Assembly (NCBI RefSeq): GCF_009914755.1
Contig: NC_060947.1
Direction: 5' to 3' (one strand)
Length of the DNA: 64,000 bases
DNA from: the human T2T-CHM13v2.0 reference genome, Homo sapiens
Shown in pieces: positions 46,384-60,129 of the stretch; the first letter of the stretch is position 1; each line of letters opens with the position of its first letter. A program made the position numbers and the translations under genes. The notes under the pieces were generated by a model, which saw nothing but the letters and a program-made list of their open reading frames with translations, was not told the DNA's origin and did no database searches.

Positions 46384-46981
46384 TGTGATGGGCATGCCCT
46401 AGGGTAACCTACAATGTGCAATCCCTTGTGTAATCTCCTCCCCTGGAGGGAAGGTAAAACCTGTAAACTTCTAACCAATAAAATATGACAAATGTGATGG
46501 GATGTAGCTCCCCTGTTTCTGTTATTTAATAAAGCAATAGCAAAAGGGTTTTTCAGATGCAATTAAGGTACCTAGTTTATTTTTAATTAATCAAAGGGAG
46601 ATTATTTTAGTTGGACCTGACCTAATCAGGTAAGCCCTTTAAAAGAGGGATGAGGGCTGCCTTCAAATGAGAGAGTCCAAGCATCAGAGGCTCTCCATTG
46701 CAGCCTTTCAAGAAGCAAGCAGCTATGGATTGTAAATTCACAAGGTACTAGATTGTGCCAACAGCTTGACTGAGCTTGGAAGCAGATCCTTCCCTAGTCG
46801 AGTCTCCAAATGAGAAGGCAGCCTGGCTGACAACTTGACTGCAGCCTTATGAGACCGTGAACAAGGATCCAGCTAAGCTGTGCCCAGACTTTTGATGCAT
46901 GCAAACTGTAAGATTATAAATGTGTAATGTTTTAAGCCACTAAATTGAGAAATTTTAATGCAGCAGTAGAAAACAAATACA
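46384..46981 (+). mobile_element. MaLR LTR MLT1E-like, solo LTR
   Basis: TGTGATGGGC start; GAGCTTGGAAGCAGATCCTTCCC..CTAAGCTGTGCCCAGAC..TTTTAAGCCACTAAATT..AATACA end. Confidence 0.85.
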
Positions 46982-47064
46982 AACAAGCACATTTATTTTC
47001 CTCAGTTTTCTAAGGACTTCCTAAGAAATGTGGACGCAATGACAAGTGTGAGTAAGTGGGAAGA

Positions 47065-47232
47065 ATGTTAGATGAGGCATGAAGGCATGGTTCAAGTCCT
47101 GATTTTCCATGACCTGGAGCAAGATACTTTACCCCTTTAAGCCTATAACCTTATCTGTCAATGGGGTTAATTTAATCTGCCTAGACTTTCTCACACGGTT
47201 CTGAGGGAAGACTCTGAAAACTGTAAAATGCT
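47065..47232 (+). mobile_element. MIR fragment
   Basis: GGTTCAAGTCCTG..TGACCTGGAGCAAG..ATCTGTCAATGGGG. Confidence 0.55.
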
Positions 47233-47239
47233 GAACTCA

Positions 47240-47490
47240 TGACACTTACCATGCTCCAGGTAGTATTCTAGTTTTCCTATATGTATTAACTCATTTAATT
47301 TTCAAACAACCCTTTAAAGTAGATACTTTTTCACAATCATTATCTTCATTTTACAGATGAGAGAAATGAGAATCAGGGAGGTAAAAATCTTGTCTGAGAT
47401 GGCACAATTATTAATAAGTAAGAACATTTAAACCCAGGCAGTCTCATTCTACATTCTGTACTCTTAAACATTACACTGTGCTGCCTCTTA
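47240..47490 (-). mobile_element. MIR SINE
   Basis: ATTAACTCATTTAATT..CATTTTACAGATGAGAGAAATGAG..TTTAAACCCAGGCAGTCT. Confidence 0.85.
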
Positions 47491-48239
47491 AATCTTTAAT
47501 AAGTCTAGGAAATCCACTCCCTCTGGAGCAAGCTGAACTGGGATACCAAGGTGTTCTGAAAAAGATTCACGATCTTCTGATGCGCATGATCCTTATAAGC
47601 CCTTACTTTGATGTATTCTTCCAGATTTATCTCAGTTTTTCTGATACACACAACCACACACTATTCAAAAGAAATTCGCCAGGAGGCAATAATCCTCTTT
47701 TTCTTCTATAAAGTGTATTGGCATCATCCACAGGGCTCAGTCCCACTGCCTCATACCCAGCACCACCTCCTTCTACTGTTACCCATTATTACTTACCTGA
47801 GAGCACATGAACATCTGCTTACAACAAACACACTTAATTTCTCCTCAAATACAGATTCACATAAAAACCAAACATAAAGAGAATAGGAGCATTTTCATTG
47901 GATTGCTTTTAGGTACACTGCATGATTTCCATTATGTCTACTGTCTGATTTTGCAAATCACTGGGCATGCAGAATCAGCTCTCAATTTATCAGAAAAAAA
48001 AAAAAAAAAAACACCAGAGCTAGAAGAAGATGCCTTGCTTAAAGGATTATATGGCACATTCCCCCCTGGCTTTGGAAAGTTTATCTTTTACCTTTAAATC
48101 TTCCTGAGGTTAAAAAAATTCTTACCTTTTTTAATGGGCCATTATAATGCTTAAGCTAGTATCTAAAAGTTCCTCCTGAAGTCCAACCGAAACCTCCCCT
48201 GCTTCAATTTAAGCAGGCAAGATTCTATTCAAACTTCAG

Positions 48240-48800
<561 letters not shown>

Positions 48801-49226
48801 AGCAAATTGTATACTGCTTCATATATAAGAAGAGCAGCTTTCTACTCATAAAACCTTTCTTGCAAATACCAACTTTAGTTCTCTCGTTTTGTCCCTTACT
48901 AATTAAACAGCTCCCAATTTTTTTCCTGTCCATAAGACCTATTTTTCTAATCTGTAGGCCACAGTTTCCTTGACTAGTGATATCTTCATATCTATTTCAG
49001 CAAGACAATCAAGATCCGAGTCATTGTGCCATATATATTGATAACTATGTTTAAATGTACTTACACAATTAGCTTCCTTACAAAAAGTTGGTTGTGAAAT
49101 GAAATAATACAAATCCATTTCTATATTAAATTCTCCAGGACAGCTTATTATTTGGAGAATAGCCAAATAATTTCAAAATTTTAAAAAGTGTTTTTAACAT
49201 GAGTGATATTTCTCTAATTTTTTATT

Positions 49227-49445
49227 AAGAGGCAATATGATATAGTAGGAACCACATCAGATTTGAAGGCAGAAGACCTGAATTTAAACCCAAAACTTCC
49301 TGTATGCCCTCAGACATTTCACTTGGCTTTTCTGAGTTTTTCTCTTCTGTTAAATGGGGATATACTAATGAATAACTCACAGGATTGTTGTCAGGACCAA
49401 ATAAACTAATAATGCATGTAAGAAGACTTTGCTCAATGTAAAACA
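49227..49445 (+). mobile_element. MIR SINE (MIRc-like)
   Basis: AGAGGCAATATGATATAGT..CAGAAGACCTGAATTTAAACCC..AACTCACAGGATTGTTG. Confidence 0.8.
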
Positions 49446-49559
49446 AATACTAGTGATTATTCTAAGTAATAATAATAATGTAACAGGATGTTTTCTTAAA
49501 ACTGGATTCCTCAACCTACCAGGAGAATCACTTCATGCATTTAGCACAAGTTGTTTTTT

Positions 49560-49830
49560 TCTCCATGGTACTGCATTGCCTGTTCATATTTAGCTTGAGA
49601 TCAGCTGTGACTCTCAGATCTTTGTCTGTGATGCTTGGGATGAACCAGTCTTTTTCAACTCTGTTGTTGTGAATTTGGGTTTTCATCTCCTGTGATAGCC
49701 CATCCTTTCATCCTTTTTCCAGTAAGATACTTTTTCCTAATTTATCAAGGTCACTTTGAGTTTTTCTCTCTAACATCTGTCAAAATACTTAGTGACAGAC
49801 ACCCTAGAAATGTATAGATCAGCCAACAAT
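49560..49830 (-). mobile_element. L3/CR1 relic
   Basis: GCCTGTTCATATTTAGCTTGAGATCAGCTGTGACTCTCAGATC..TTTATCAAGGTCACTTTGA resembles antisense CR1 RT 3' region. Confidence 0.4.
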
Positions 49831-50969
49831 CTGCATGTTCTTCCTGCATACAGGATGAATGTGACTATGGGGTTGTCTCTATAGTGGGAACAAAGACACA
49901 AGAAGCAAGTGTATTTGAAACAGTATTTGAGAATATCTATTGCAGATGGAAGAGGAAAACATCTCTCTCTGCTAGCAAACATAGCACAACCTTCCCACAT
50001 ACATACAGAGAGGCCAAAACAGCATTCAGACATCTTTCTATAAGTGAGCCTTTTGATAAATGAGCTTTTATTTGGCTTCATAGGCAGATACTGAAAGGGC
50101 TTACAAGTGGAGGGCACACCAAAGCCTGGAATATTTTAAGACAGAAGCAAAATAAACTACTTATTGGATGGTAATGATCTGAAGTGCTGCCATTTGCATA
50201 TTTTATAGAATGAGCAGTACTTTGCAAGAAGGCTAAAAACAATAGTTTTGAGGATTATGGTCAGGCGCAGTTATAATAATAGCCCAGGATTTTAGCAGTG
50301 GGATTAAAGTGAAATGACTGGGTAAGCCTAGTTTTAAATAAATGTCTAGATTTAGTAAGCACTACGACTTGGATTAGAGAGGAAGGAAAAAAAGAGGCAT
50401 TTTAAAAAGAGTCCAAATATCTTGAGATAAAGCTACAGATCATGGCGAGGAAAAAGGAAAAAAAATGTCAAGTCCCACTTAATACATAATGGGTTCAGTT
50501 TTGTCAGGATGTTGCCTCTACTTCTCCCTAGAAGAGTCTGCATAGAATTAAAACTTGTTAAATGTATGACATGACATTGGAAGACAAACGTACTCTGGAA
50601 AAATCATAACTGCCAGAGTCCAAAAGGGCACTCAGACTTAAAAATAAGAAGTGGCCAAAGAACACTCTTACAGGAGCTTGAATTCCAAAGATCCTAAGGT
50701 GCAGAGGGAGATTTGAATATTTATAACACGAATACACAAAAATAAATTTGGCAACCATTAAAGACAATCTAAAAATTGAGCCAAAATTAATTGTGCAAGA
50801 CACTAAATTGGCCAAAATAGTGGTGGGTGGGAGTAATAAATAGATTAATAAAGCACAGCCTTTGTCCTTAAATAGCTAACCATCTCTTTGGGATATGTAT
50901 ATAAAAACATTTGATTTTGGGGAGAGAAAAGAATAATGATGTATACTAAAACACAAATAATGATGGAAG

Positions 50970-51620
50970 ATTGACTCTACTGTATACTGAAACACTCCAA
51001 AGCTACATTAATTAAATAATTAAAAAGCTACATTAATTAAAATAATTCGGAACTGGTGCAAAAGCAAACAGATATATCAATGGAAGAAAAGTGCAAACAG
51101 ACTCTAGAGCTAAGACACCATATGAATCAAATAAATAAATAAAGTACCATCATAAATGAGTAAAAGCAAGGTCTATTCTATAAAGACAGAATGTAAGTTA
51201 TGTCAGGAAATAATCCATTTGAAGCTTTGCATCCTACATCGACATAATGGACTAAAGAGTTAAGTGTTTTAACAATTTTTAAAGAAGAAAATATGTCAAT
51301 ATTAACCTGCTCTTGGAGTGAGAAACAACTTACTGAGCTTAATAGCAATAGAAGAAAAGACAATGGAAAAGATTGATAGGTACAACATTTAAAATGTTTA
51401 AACTTCTCCAGTGAGAAGGATTACATAAAAAATATTTAAACAAACTGAAAATTTTTGAAATATGTTCAAGAATTTAGAATAATATATAAAGAGCTCATTT
51501 GAATAAATAACAACAATCACAAAACCCCAATAGATTCATGAATCTATTATTCATGAATAGATTATTCATTAAGTATCCAAATTCATAAAAATATACAAAG
51601 AAGGAATATGAAAAAAAAGG
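50970..51620 (+). mobile_element. Ancient L1M ORF2 relic
   Basis: AAAGCTACATTAATTAAA..CAAACAGATATATCAATGGAA..ATATATAAAGAGCTC. Confidence 0.6.
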
Positions 51621-51764
51621 TAATATGGCCAGAGAAAAGTTCCCAAAATATCTAGGATTTAGCCAATTCTGATAAGCTTAAATAATGGTTAAAGGCATCC
51701 TAGGAAGGAAAAACAGAGGTGAGAATTCAAATGGCATATCAGCCTAGCTAGAGTTTACATAGGG

Positions 51765-52078
51765 AAGTAGGCATAAACTGGCAACCCTCAACCATGTGTT
51801 CTTTTAACCATACAGCTTTTTAAAGGGGTTAGTACCATCTAAAAATGATAAGATTTTATATAAAAATCTGGATTTCTAATTTCTCTTTTAAAAATGAAAA
51901 ACTCTGGCAACACTGGGCTTGCAGTCCCCACATGGCAACAATCAGCTTAAGTTTAGCCACAAGCTATATACTTCAAATGGAAAATTTGCTTCCCAGGTTG
52001 CCACAGTCCTCACCAAACCAGACTCACCAATTTGCGTTACCTGCCTGATGTTTATGGGCACTTGAGTTTCCAAACTCT
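51765..52078 (-). mobile_element. hAT-Charlie MER102-like DNA transposon
   Basis: AATCTGGATTTC..CTGGCAACACTGGGC..CCACATGGCAACAATCAGCT..GTTACCTGCCTG..GGCACTTGAGTTT. Confidence 0.75.
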
Positions 52079-52079
52079 C

Positions 52080-54500
52080 ACAAAAGAAATCAGCGAGAGG
52101 AGAGGGAGTTCAAGAGAGTGCTTGGGGGTCAGATTATAGGTGGCTCTAAATGTGAGAATGTGAAATTTGGACCTTATTTAACAGGTAGCTTACTGCTATT
52201 AAAGGTATTTGAGTGGATGACGAACAACAATATCGAGAGCTGGACATGAGAAACCTTAAGCAGTGTACATCTTACAGAATGAATTTGAGGTAGAAAAAAA
52301 AATTTTGTAACAGCCCCAGTATGAAGAGATAAGACCCTGAAGAGTGGTATTAAAAGATAAAAAAGAGAAAGGGTTATATACAAGAGTAAAGAATTTGCAC
52401 AGTGTGGTGACTGAACTCTTATGTGGAGCAAGAAGGAAAAGAACAAAGGAAGAAGACAGCTCAGGGAAAAGATGCCAAGATAACTAGATGAACCTTGGTG
52501 AGGAAGAAAATGATGGTGTTATTAAGGATGTAGGAAACTTTGGAGTCAGAGATAGTCTAAGCAAATACAATAAGTTCATGTCAACTGTTATGCAGGTTTT
52601 TATATCTGCTTGTCCTATTAAAATGCAGGACCATGTCTTATTCTTCACTGAATCTTAAGTACCTAGCATAGGGTCTGGAATAAAAAACATACCCACTAAA
52701 TGCTATTTGACTCCAGTATAATTTAAGGTGCTATAGCAAAATATTCAAGTAAAAACGTTGAAGGTGGTAAACTGGAGCTCAGGAAAGAGGTTAGAGACAG
52801 AAATACAGGTCTAGGAGTCATCCACGCGAATAAGGAAATAAAAAATATAACAAAGGCATAAGACCACTGAGTGGAAATTGAGATGAACAAAAAGCAGAGG
52901 ACTAAAGCTCAGAGAACAAGCACACTGAAGATAATATGGGAAGAAATCAGGAAGGAAAACAAAAGAAGAAGGATAAGCAAGGTAAAAAGAGATCCAGGAT
53001 GATAGAAAACCAACACAGAAAATACTTCTAAAATGGAGGACTTGTGTGAAAATGTTTTTTTAAAAAAGCAAGAGGATTATTAATACAAATTTCAAATTAG
53101 CAATTACTTGGAGTATAGGCAGGGAGGAGGATGTAGGGAAAAGAAATAGAAGATAGGCAAATATTCTATTTCATAATCTGATGGAGATTACATGGGTATT
53201 TGCTATATTATTAAACTGTCCATGTTTAAAAAGAGAGAGAGAACTTAATAGCACTTCCAAATCTAGAAACTTATACTACGGATATATTCACACAAGCAAT
53301 CAAATCCAAATGCATTGGCTTGTATAAGCATGTTCAGTGCAACACTGTGATAGCAATAATTTGGATACAACCCGAATATCCATTGATGGGAAATCAGTTC
53401 AATGAGCTATGATTCATCCTTACAAGAGATCACCGCTCAGTCATTTTTTAAAGAGATAAATCTGTATATCAATATGGAATACTCTACAGGACTTATTTTT
53501 AAGTGGAAAAAGAAATCTATGGAATATATTATACATAATGTGACCCTGTTTGTATAAACAGATGTTTGATTATGCACAGAACATTTCAGGAAGGATATAC
53601 AATAAATTGTTTTCAGTTATTGCTTCTTGGGATAGAAATGAGGGATCCAGCACAAGGTTGGGTAACTTTCACTTTTTATTTTACACCTCTCTAAATCATT
53701 CCCCAAGGAAGGTTGATTTGCCCACGGCAAAGTTGGATAAGAAGTGAGGAAGAAGAGAAAGACTTGGACAGGCCACTATATGTGATGATTTTAAAGACAC
53801 TAGGAGCCTTGAATAGAATACTTTATTTAGAGTGGTGGGGACAAAAGATAGACTGTGGGTAAAGGAAATCATAGTAACAAGAATAAGTTATTCTTTTGAA
53901 AAATTTGGTGGTAAAAGAAGGAAAAAACTAGACAGTTGCTAGTAAGAAAAACATAAGATAAATTAAGGGTTCTTTTAGGTCAGAGTTTTTATGATTACAG
54001 TTTTAAAGGCTTGTAGAACTGAGCTTGTTTATAGGAAAAAGGGAAGAAGTCAGTGAAAGAGAGAGAGATGTTAATGATATTAAAGGAGAGAGCCTTAAAA
54101 CGTTCAGAATAAAGCCAAGGTGAGGGAGGGATGACCTGAAGCATTTCAAGGGAGCAGCTGAAAGAAGAAGACACTGATAGGCTCTCCCTTGAGAGAGCAT
54201 GAACTCAGAGAACCCAGAGCAGGGACAGTTGATGTCTGGGGCAGCAGACTATCAAATAGGATTAGCACAGAAAAGCACTCTCTTAACATGGACAAAAGAA
54301 AGACTTTTTTTTAAGCCTATGGAAGAAGTTTCATGAGGAAGGAAAGTCAAAAGTGAACTCTAAGGGATCAAGGAGAGAACCAGAGAAAAGGACATCCAGG
54401 TACAGAAACTCAAAAGTATTTCACTGATATTGCAGGTAAAGGAGAAGGGAGAGAAATGCATGTGTATATATAAATTATATTGCATTCAGAGGACACAAGA
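52080..54500 (-). mobile_element. Fragmented L2 with nested sense L2 tail (~52590-52710) and L1ME pieces (~53060-53690)
   Basis: GGAGCTCAGGAAAGAGG..TCTAGGAGTCATC; TAGAGTGGTGGGGACAAAAG; sense L2 tail GCAGGACCATGTCTTATTC. Confidence 0.55.
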
Positions 54501-55734
54501 CAGGGAGAAGAGAAACAGTGGCACATCAAGTTGAATTCCAAAATATATTTATTATTATTATTGTTTATACATGTCAGGGGGAAACATGCACACAAGAAAT
54601 AACTTTCCACAAAGTTTTCTTCAGGCCTTTGGACATTATCACACTGTGCTGCTTTTACTTTCCTCAGGGCACTTTGAAGTCAGCTCCTATGCAGGACCCT
54701 GAAATCTGGCCCACTGAGGGGCTTTGGCTTCAGGTGCCAGGAATTCTTACACTCAGAAGGGAGCAAGCTCTGTTTAAATGAAGCAGTCCAAGTTTTCCCT
54801 TCCATGTGCAAACGGATAAAAGAAGATAAGCTCAAATGTATCTTTTTTATAGAAATAATCTCCCCCTTGGCCTCTCTGGACGAGTCTGCTCAAAACCAGC
54901 TGAAAACAATGTCAAGGCTGCCCTCCCTGGCCTTTGCTTCTTGGGTTCAGAATTTATCTTCCAATAATGGTTTTTACTTTTTTGACCTGCTTTTTTTAAA
55001 AAAACAAGGTGCACCTTTTATTCCCCCATTTCCACATGCAAGGGCTTTATTTTCATGATGGACTGAGTCTCTTCACAGTGTCATGCTTGACATAATCCTT
55101 GAAAAAATCTAATGTGACATGACAGATAACACAGCCACAAAAAGCCAAAAAGAAAATTTTAAAGTGATCTTCTTAAAACACAGATGTAAACACACAACTA
55201 TTTTCTTAAACCTAAAGCATCTCACAAGATGAGGGTCTAGCAGCCTTTGTAGGGTAAAATTAACTAGTTAATTGAAAAAAAATAGTAGCTTGATGAGTGC
55301 ATACACTTCCTAATAGAACATACAAACAAAATCACTTTATTTAGACACGAAAAATGGTTGATTACAGACAATAAAATGTATAATTGGGTCAAAAGGATGT
55401 GAAGTATATTTAGGTACCATGTGGGATATTTCTTCAGTCAAAAACAAACAGACTTGGGAAGGGTAGATCCACCAAGTCAATACCAAAAGCAGCTGCCTGT
55501 GTTACAAAATGGGTAGGGTACTATGAAATTCTAAAGTAAGAGCCCCCAAGCCCTATTTCATTAGGATGGACCCTGATCGTTTCAGTTTTCTATGGTGAAT
55601 ATAGTTCTTGAGTTTAGTTAGGCCTTGTAAAGAAGGCCCTGGGGTTGGGAGTGTGCCAACCTTCAGAAAGCATGGTCCTTAAGTTTTACCAAGTGAGAAT
55701 AGATAAGTGGAAAGAAACAAGTCACACATCAGTA

Positions 55735-56391
55735 CCATTGACAGTCATTATTCATGGATTCCACATTTGTGAATTTGCCTACTTGCTAAAATTTATTTGT
55801 AACCCCAAAATCAATATTCATGGAGATTTTGCAGTTATTCACAGACACATGCATGCATAAAACACTGAAAAATTTGCAACACACCCAGTCATGTTCCCTA
55901 TGGTGTTTAAACAAAATGGCACCTGCCTTCTTGTTTTGGTGCTCATATTATAAACAAGTATCCAGTTCATGGTATACTTAATGTCACATTTCCTTTTTTT
56001 TTTCCTTTTTGCTTTTTCTTGGTGATTTTACTGTTTTAAATGAGCCCCAAGTGTAGTACTAAAATGCTGCCTAGTGTTTCTAACCTCAAGAAGGCTGTGA
56101 TGTGCCTTACGGAGGAAATACATATATCAGATAAGCTTTATTCAGGCATGCATTATAGTACTATTGGCCACGAGTTCAATGTTGGTGAATCAACAATATA
56201 TATTAAATAAAGTGTCTCTAAACACAAATACATATAACCAGTTAAATTTTGATCCACTGACAAAAATTTTGTGGTCAAAGGCTATAAGGACCTAACCCTG
56301 TATTCCTCCTAGAGGCAATGACTCAGTATTCACTAACTCTGTATTTGCAATAACATTAGAAAACATAACTATCATAAATGAAAATTGACTG
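55735..56391 (+). mobile_element. TcMar-Tigger MITE MER82
   Basis: GATTCCACATTTGTGAATTTGCCTACTTGCTAAAATTTATTTGTAACCCCAAAATCAATA matches recalled MER82; ~650 bp; TA at left flank, degenerate TIRs. Confidence 0.85.
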
Positions 56392-56619
56392 CATTTTCCC
56401 ATGTTCTCATCCTATCCAAGAAATGCCATAGGGAGGGGAGTGGCTGTAAAAGTTAGGAATTCACCATCACTCATCATCACTCATTCTTTATTGGTCAACC
56501 AAGTGAGAATGCTACTATAGCGACACATTGTGAGAATACTAATGATAAGGAAAATATGTAATAGCTAATTGATGAATGCTATCTAGCACATAACATTTGA
56601 ATAGGAATACAAGAAGCTA

Positions 56620-59219
56620 TGTCCCAATTCACTACCAAGAACCACTGGAAATCAACAGACTAAAAAATTGTTGGAGTCCTCACAGAAAAGGTAATAATTC
56701 ATATTTCCACCAGCAAGAATAGAGAGATCTTGTAATATACAGATTACAGGTTAAAGTCTTTAGAAAGCTATTGCCTTAGTATTGTAAATTAGTCCATTAA
56801 GCACACTACTAAAGCTTAAAAGCAAAGTTCAGAAGTAACATGAATGCATGGCAGAACAAATTCCAAAACACTTTTAAAAAAAAAATAAAACAAAGTGTAG
56901 CACTCAGCAATATAAAGTTCACAAGGTCTGGCATACAATCAAAAATTGCCAAGCTTACAAAAAAGCACGGAAATATGACCCATGACCAAGAGAAAAATAT
57001 CTATTGATAGAATAATATCCAGAACTGACAGACATTGTGAAATTAGCATACAAGATTTTTTAAATGATAATATAAATATTTTTCATATTTTCAAAAAGGT
57101 CAAGGAAATTGTGAATATAAGAAGGAGAAAAATAGAAAGTATTAAAATGCCAAATGGAAACTAAAAAGACAATAGACTTGATTGTACAGAAAATAAGATA
57201 TAGCAGAAGAAATGATCAGTGAACTTGAAGACATGGCAATAGAAACTATAGAAAATAAAGAACAAAGAAAAAAGTCTAAAAAGATACACAGATCATCAGA
57301 GTCTTGTGTGACAATGTCAACCAGACTAACATAAGTGTAACTGGAGTCCCAGGAAAATGAGAGAAGGGGCAAAAAAAAATTTGAGAAAGTAGTGGCAAAA
57401 ATATTTTCAAATTTGATGACAGTTATAAGTGTAATAAACCAAGAAACTCAAAAAATCCCAAGCAGAAGAAACATAAAGAAAACCCCAAGGCACAACATAA
57501 TCAAATTGCTGAAAACCAGTGATAATTTAAAAAATCCAAAATGAAGGCAGAGGAAAGGAACACATTACATATAGCATAGCAGAGATAACAATTACATCAC
57601 ACTTCTATTCAGAAACCATGGAAGCCATAAAATAATAGAGACACATTCCCAAAACACTGAAAGAAAACAAAAAAAAAAAGTGTCAACCTAGAATTCTAAC
57701 CTCAGAAATGATAGGTTTCAAAAAAAAAGCCAAATGATTTTTTTTTCAGAATAGCAAAAGTTGAAAAAAAACTTGCAGTAAAAGACATATTAAAGGAAAT
57801 TCTTCAGCCAGAGGAAAATTATATTAAATAGTAATGTGTAGCCACTCAAACACTGAAGAGTGCCAGAAATGGTAATATGGATAAACATAAAATATATTTT
57901 ATCATTTTAAATCTCTTTATTAATTAACTGTAAAAGCAAAAAAGTAATGATAATAATATTGTGAAGGTTGTAACATATATAAAAGTAAAATGTATAAAAC
58001 AAGAGCATAAAATATTGGAGGAAAATAGAAGTATACCCTTGTAGGTTATTATGCTATACATATAATAATATAAGATTATTTGAAAAGGTATACTGTGAGA
58101 TCATAAAATGCATATTTTAAAGACTTGGGAAATTACTGAAAAATATATCAAAGACATTAGCTAATAAGAGAAGAAGAGTGCATGGAATAAAATGTTTTAA
58201 AAATGCACAATCCAAAAAAAAGTCAAGAGAAGGTAAAAGGAAATAAAGAAGAAAAGGACAAATAGAAGAGTCAATTAAACCAAAATATACAAACTAAAGA
58301 AATAATAAAGATAGGAAATTAATGAAAGAGGACACAGAAAAAAGTAGAGAAAAATCAATTATACCAAAATCTGGTTCTTTGAAAGAAGCAATAAAATTGA
58401 TATACTTCTACTAGCTTCAGCAAGAAAAAAGAGTGGGAAGGCACAAATTACCAATATCAGGAATTGAGAAGGTAACATCACAACATATTCCACAGATATT
58501 TAAAGGGATAATAAGTAACTCATTCCAAGTAACGTTAAATAAATACATGCCACTCTTTCTGTCCAGCTGATTACAAATATAAACCCAGACAGAATTCATG
58601 GACCAGCCATTTGAAGAGAGAAAATTAAATTACAACAGATTGGAGGATACCAGAATTTTAAGCAAAACAAAACCAGTGGTGATTTTACCAATTGTTCTGT
58701 TCTAGTATTTCGATCCTCAACTCAATGAAGTCTGAAACACAATAGTGAGTACTATGGTGCAAACAGAGACATATCCAGGAGAAACCTGACTCAAGGAATA
58801 GGAAAGAGAACTGGTAAACCTCAAAGAAAGTGGAGAAAACCACTAGGATTTTTTTTCTCTTCATTTTTTCTGTTCTCTCCCATCCAAGCTTTCAAGTAGT
58901 CCTGTAGTGACAATGGCAAGAAAAACATCCTCTCCATTAGGTGGGAAGCTAAGAAATCAAGAGGATGAGACCAAACTCCATTGCTGTTTTTTCTTCTCTC
59001 TCTCTCTCCTGTCCTCCCACACCTTATCCCCAGAAGCAGCACAATATTGGTGGTTTCTGACTGGAAGAATTTATAAAGAAGCACCAGGGAACCAGCAAGT
59101 ACCGAAAAATAGAGCATGAGGAGCGTAGGAAAGAGAACCCATAAAGTTGTTAAGAACACCTGGGCACAGCCCTGACCTGCACACAGATGGATATTATCCT
59201 AATTAGCATAAGAAGACCT
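56620..59219 (+). mobile_element. Ancient L1M 5'UTR/ORF1/ORF2 fragments
   Basis: GATCAGTGAACTTGAAGACA, CATAATCAAATTGCTGAAAACCAGTGAT, TGTCAACCTAGAATTCTA, CTGGTTCTTTGAAAG. Confidence 0.75.
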
Positions 59220-60129
59220 GGAGGAGGAGTAGCCAAGATGGCCGAACAGGAACAGCTCCGGTCTACAGCTCCCAGCGTGAGGGACGCAGAAGATGGGTGA
59301 TTTCTGCATTTCCATCTGAGGTACCGGGTTCATCTCACTAGGGAGTGCCAGACAGTGGGCGCAGGTCAGTGGGTGCGCGCACTGTGCGCCAGCCGAAGCA
59401 GGGCCAGGCATTGCCTCACTTGGGAAGCGCAAGGGGTCACAGAGTTCCCTTTCTGAGTCAAAGAAAGGGGTGACGGATGGCACCTGGAAAATCGGGTCAC
59501 TCCCACCCGAATACTGTGCTTTTCCGATGGGCTTAAAAAACGGCGCACCACGAGATTATATCCCGCACCTAGCTCGGAGGGTCCTACGCCCACGGAGTCT
59601 CGCTGATTGCTAGCACAGCAGTCTGAGATCAAACTGCAAGGTGGCAGCGAGGCTGGGGGAGGGATGCCCGCCATTGCCCAGGCTTGATTAGGTAAACAAA
59701 GCAGCCAGGAAGCTCGAACTGGGTGGAGCCCACCACAGCTCAAGGAGGCCTGCCTGCCTCTGTAGGCTCCACCTCTGGGGGCAGGGCACAGACAAACAAA
59801 AAGACAGCAGTAACCTCTGCAGACTTAAGTGTCCCTGTCTGACAGCTTTGAAGAGAGCAGTGGTTCTCCCAGCATGCAGCTGGAGATCTGAGAACGGGCA
59901 GACTGCCTCTTCAAGTGGGTCCCTGACCCCTGACCCCCCAGCAGCCTAACTGGGAGGCACCCCCCAGCAGGGGCACACTGACACCTCACACGGCAAGGTA
60001 CTCCAACAGACCTGCAGCTGAGGGTCCTCTCTGTTAGAAGGAAAAATAGCAAACAGAAAGGACATCCACACCAAAAACCCATCTGTACATCACCATCATC
60101 AAAGACCAAAAGTAGATAAAACCACAAAG
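59220..60129 (+). promoter_or_regulatory. L1 5'UTR sense promoter (YY1 site) and antisense promoter
   Basis: YY1 motif AAGATGGCC at 59235-59243; many CpGs retained; 5'UTR function inferred from known L1 biology. Confidence 0.85.
59366..59674 (-). CDS. ORF0: L1 ORF0 (antisense), 102-aa C-terminally extended form
   Basis: ATG at 59674 gives MAGIPPPASLPPCSLISDCCASNQRDSVGVGPS.., the ORF0 N-terminus; open to 59366; expression not shown. Confidence 0.65.
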   Translation of the reverse strand: MAGIPPPASLPPCSLISDCCASNQRDSVGVGPSELGAGYNLVVRRFLSPSEKHSIRVGVTRFSRCHPSPLSLTQKGNSVTPCASQVRQCLALLRLAHSARTH

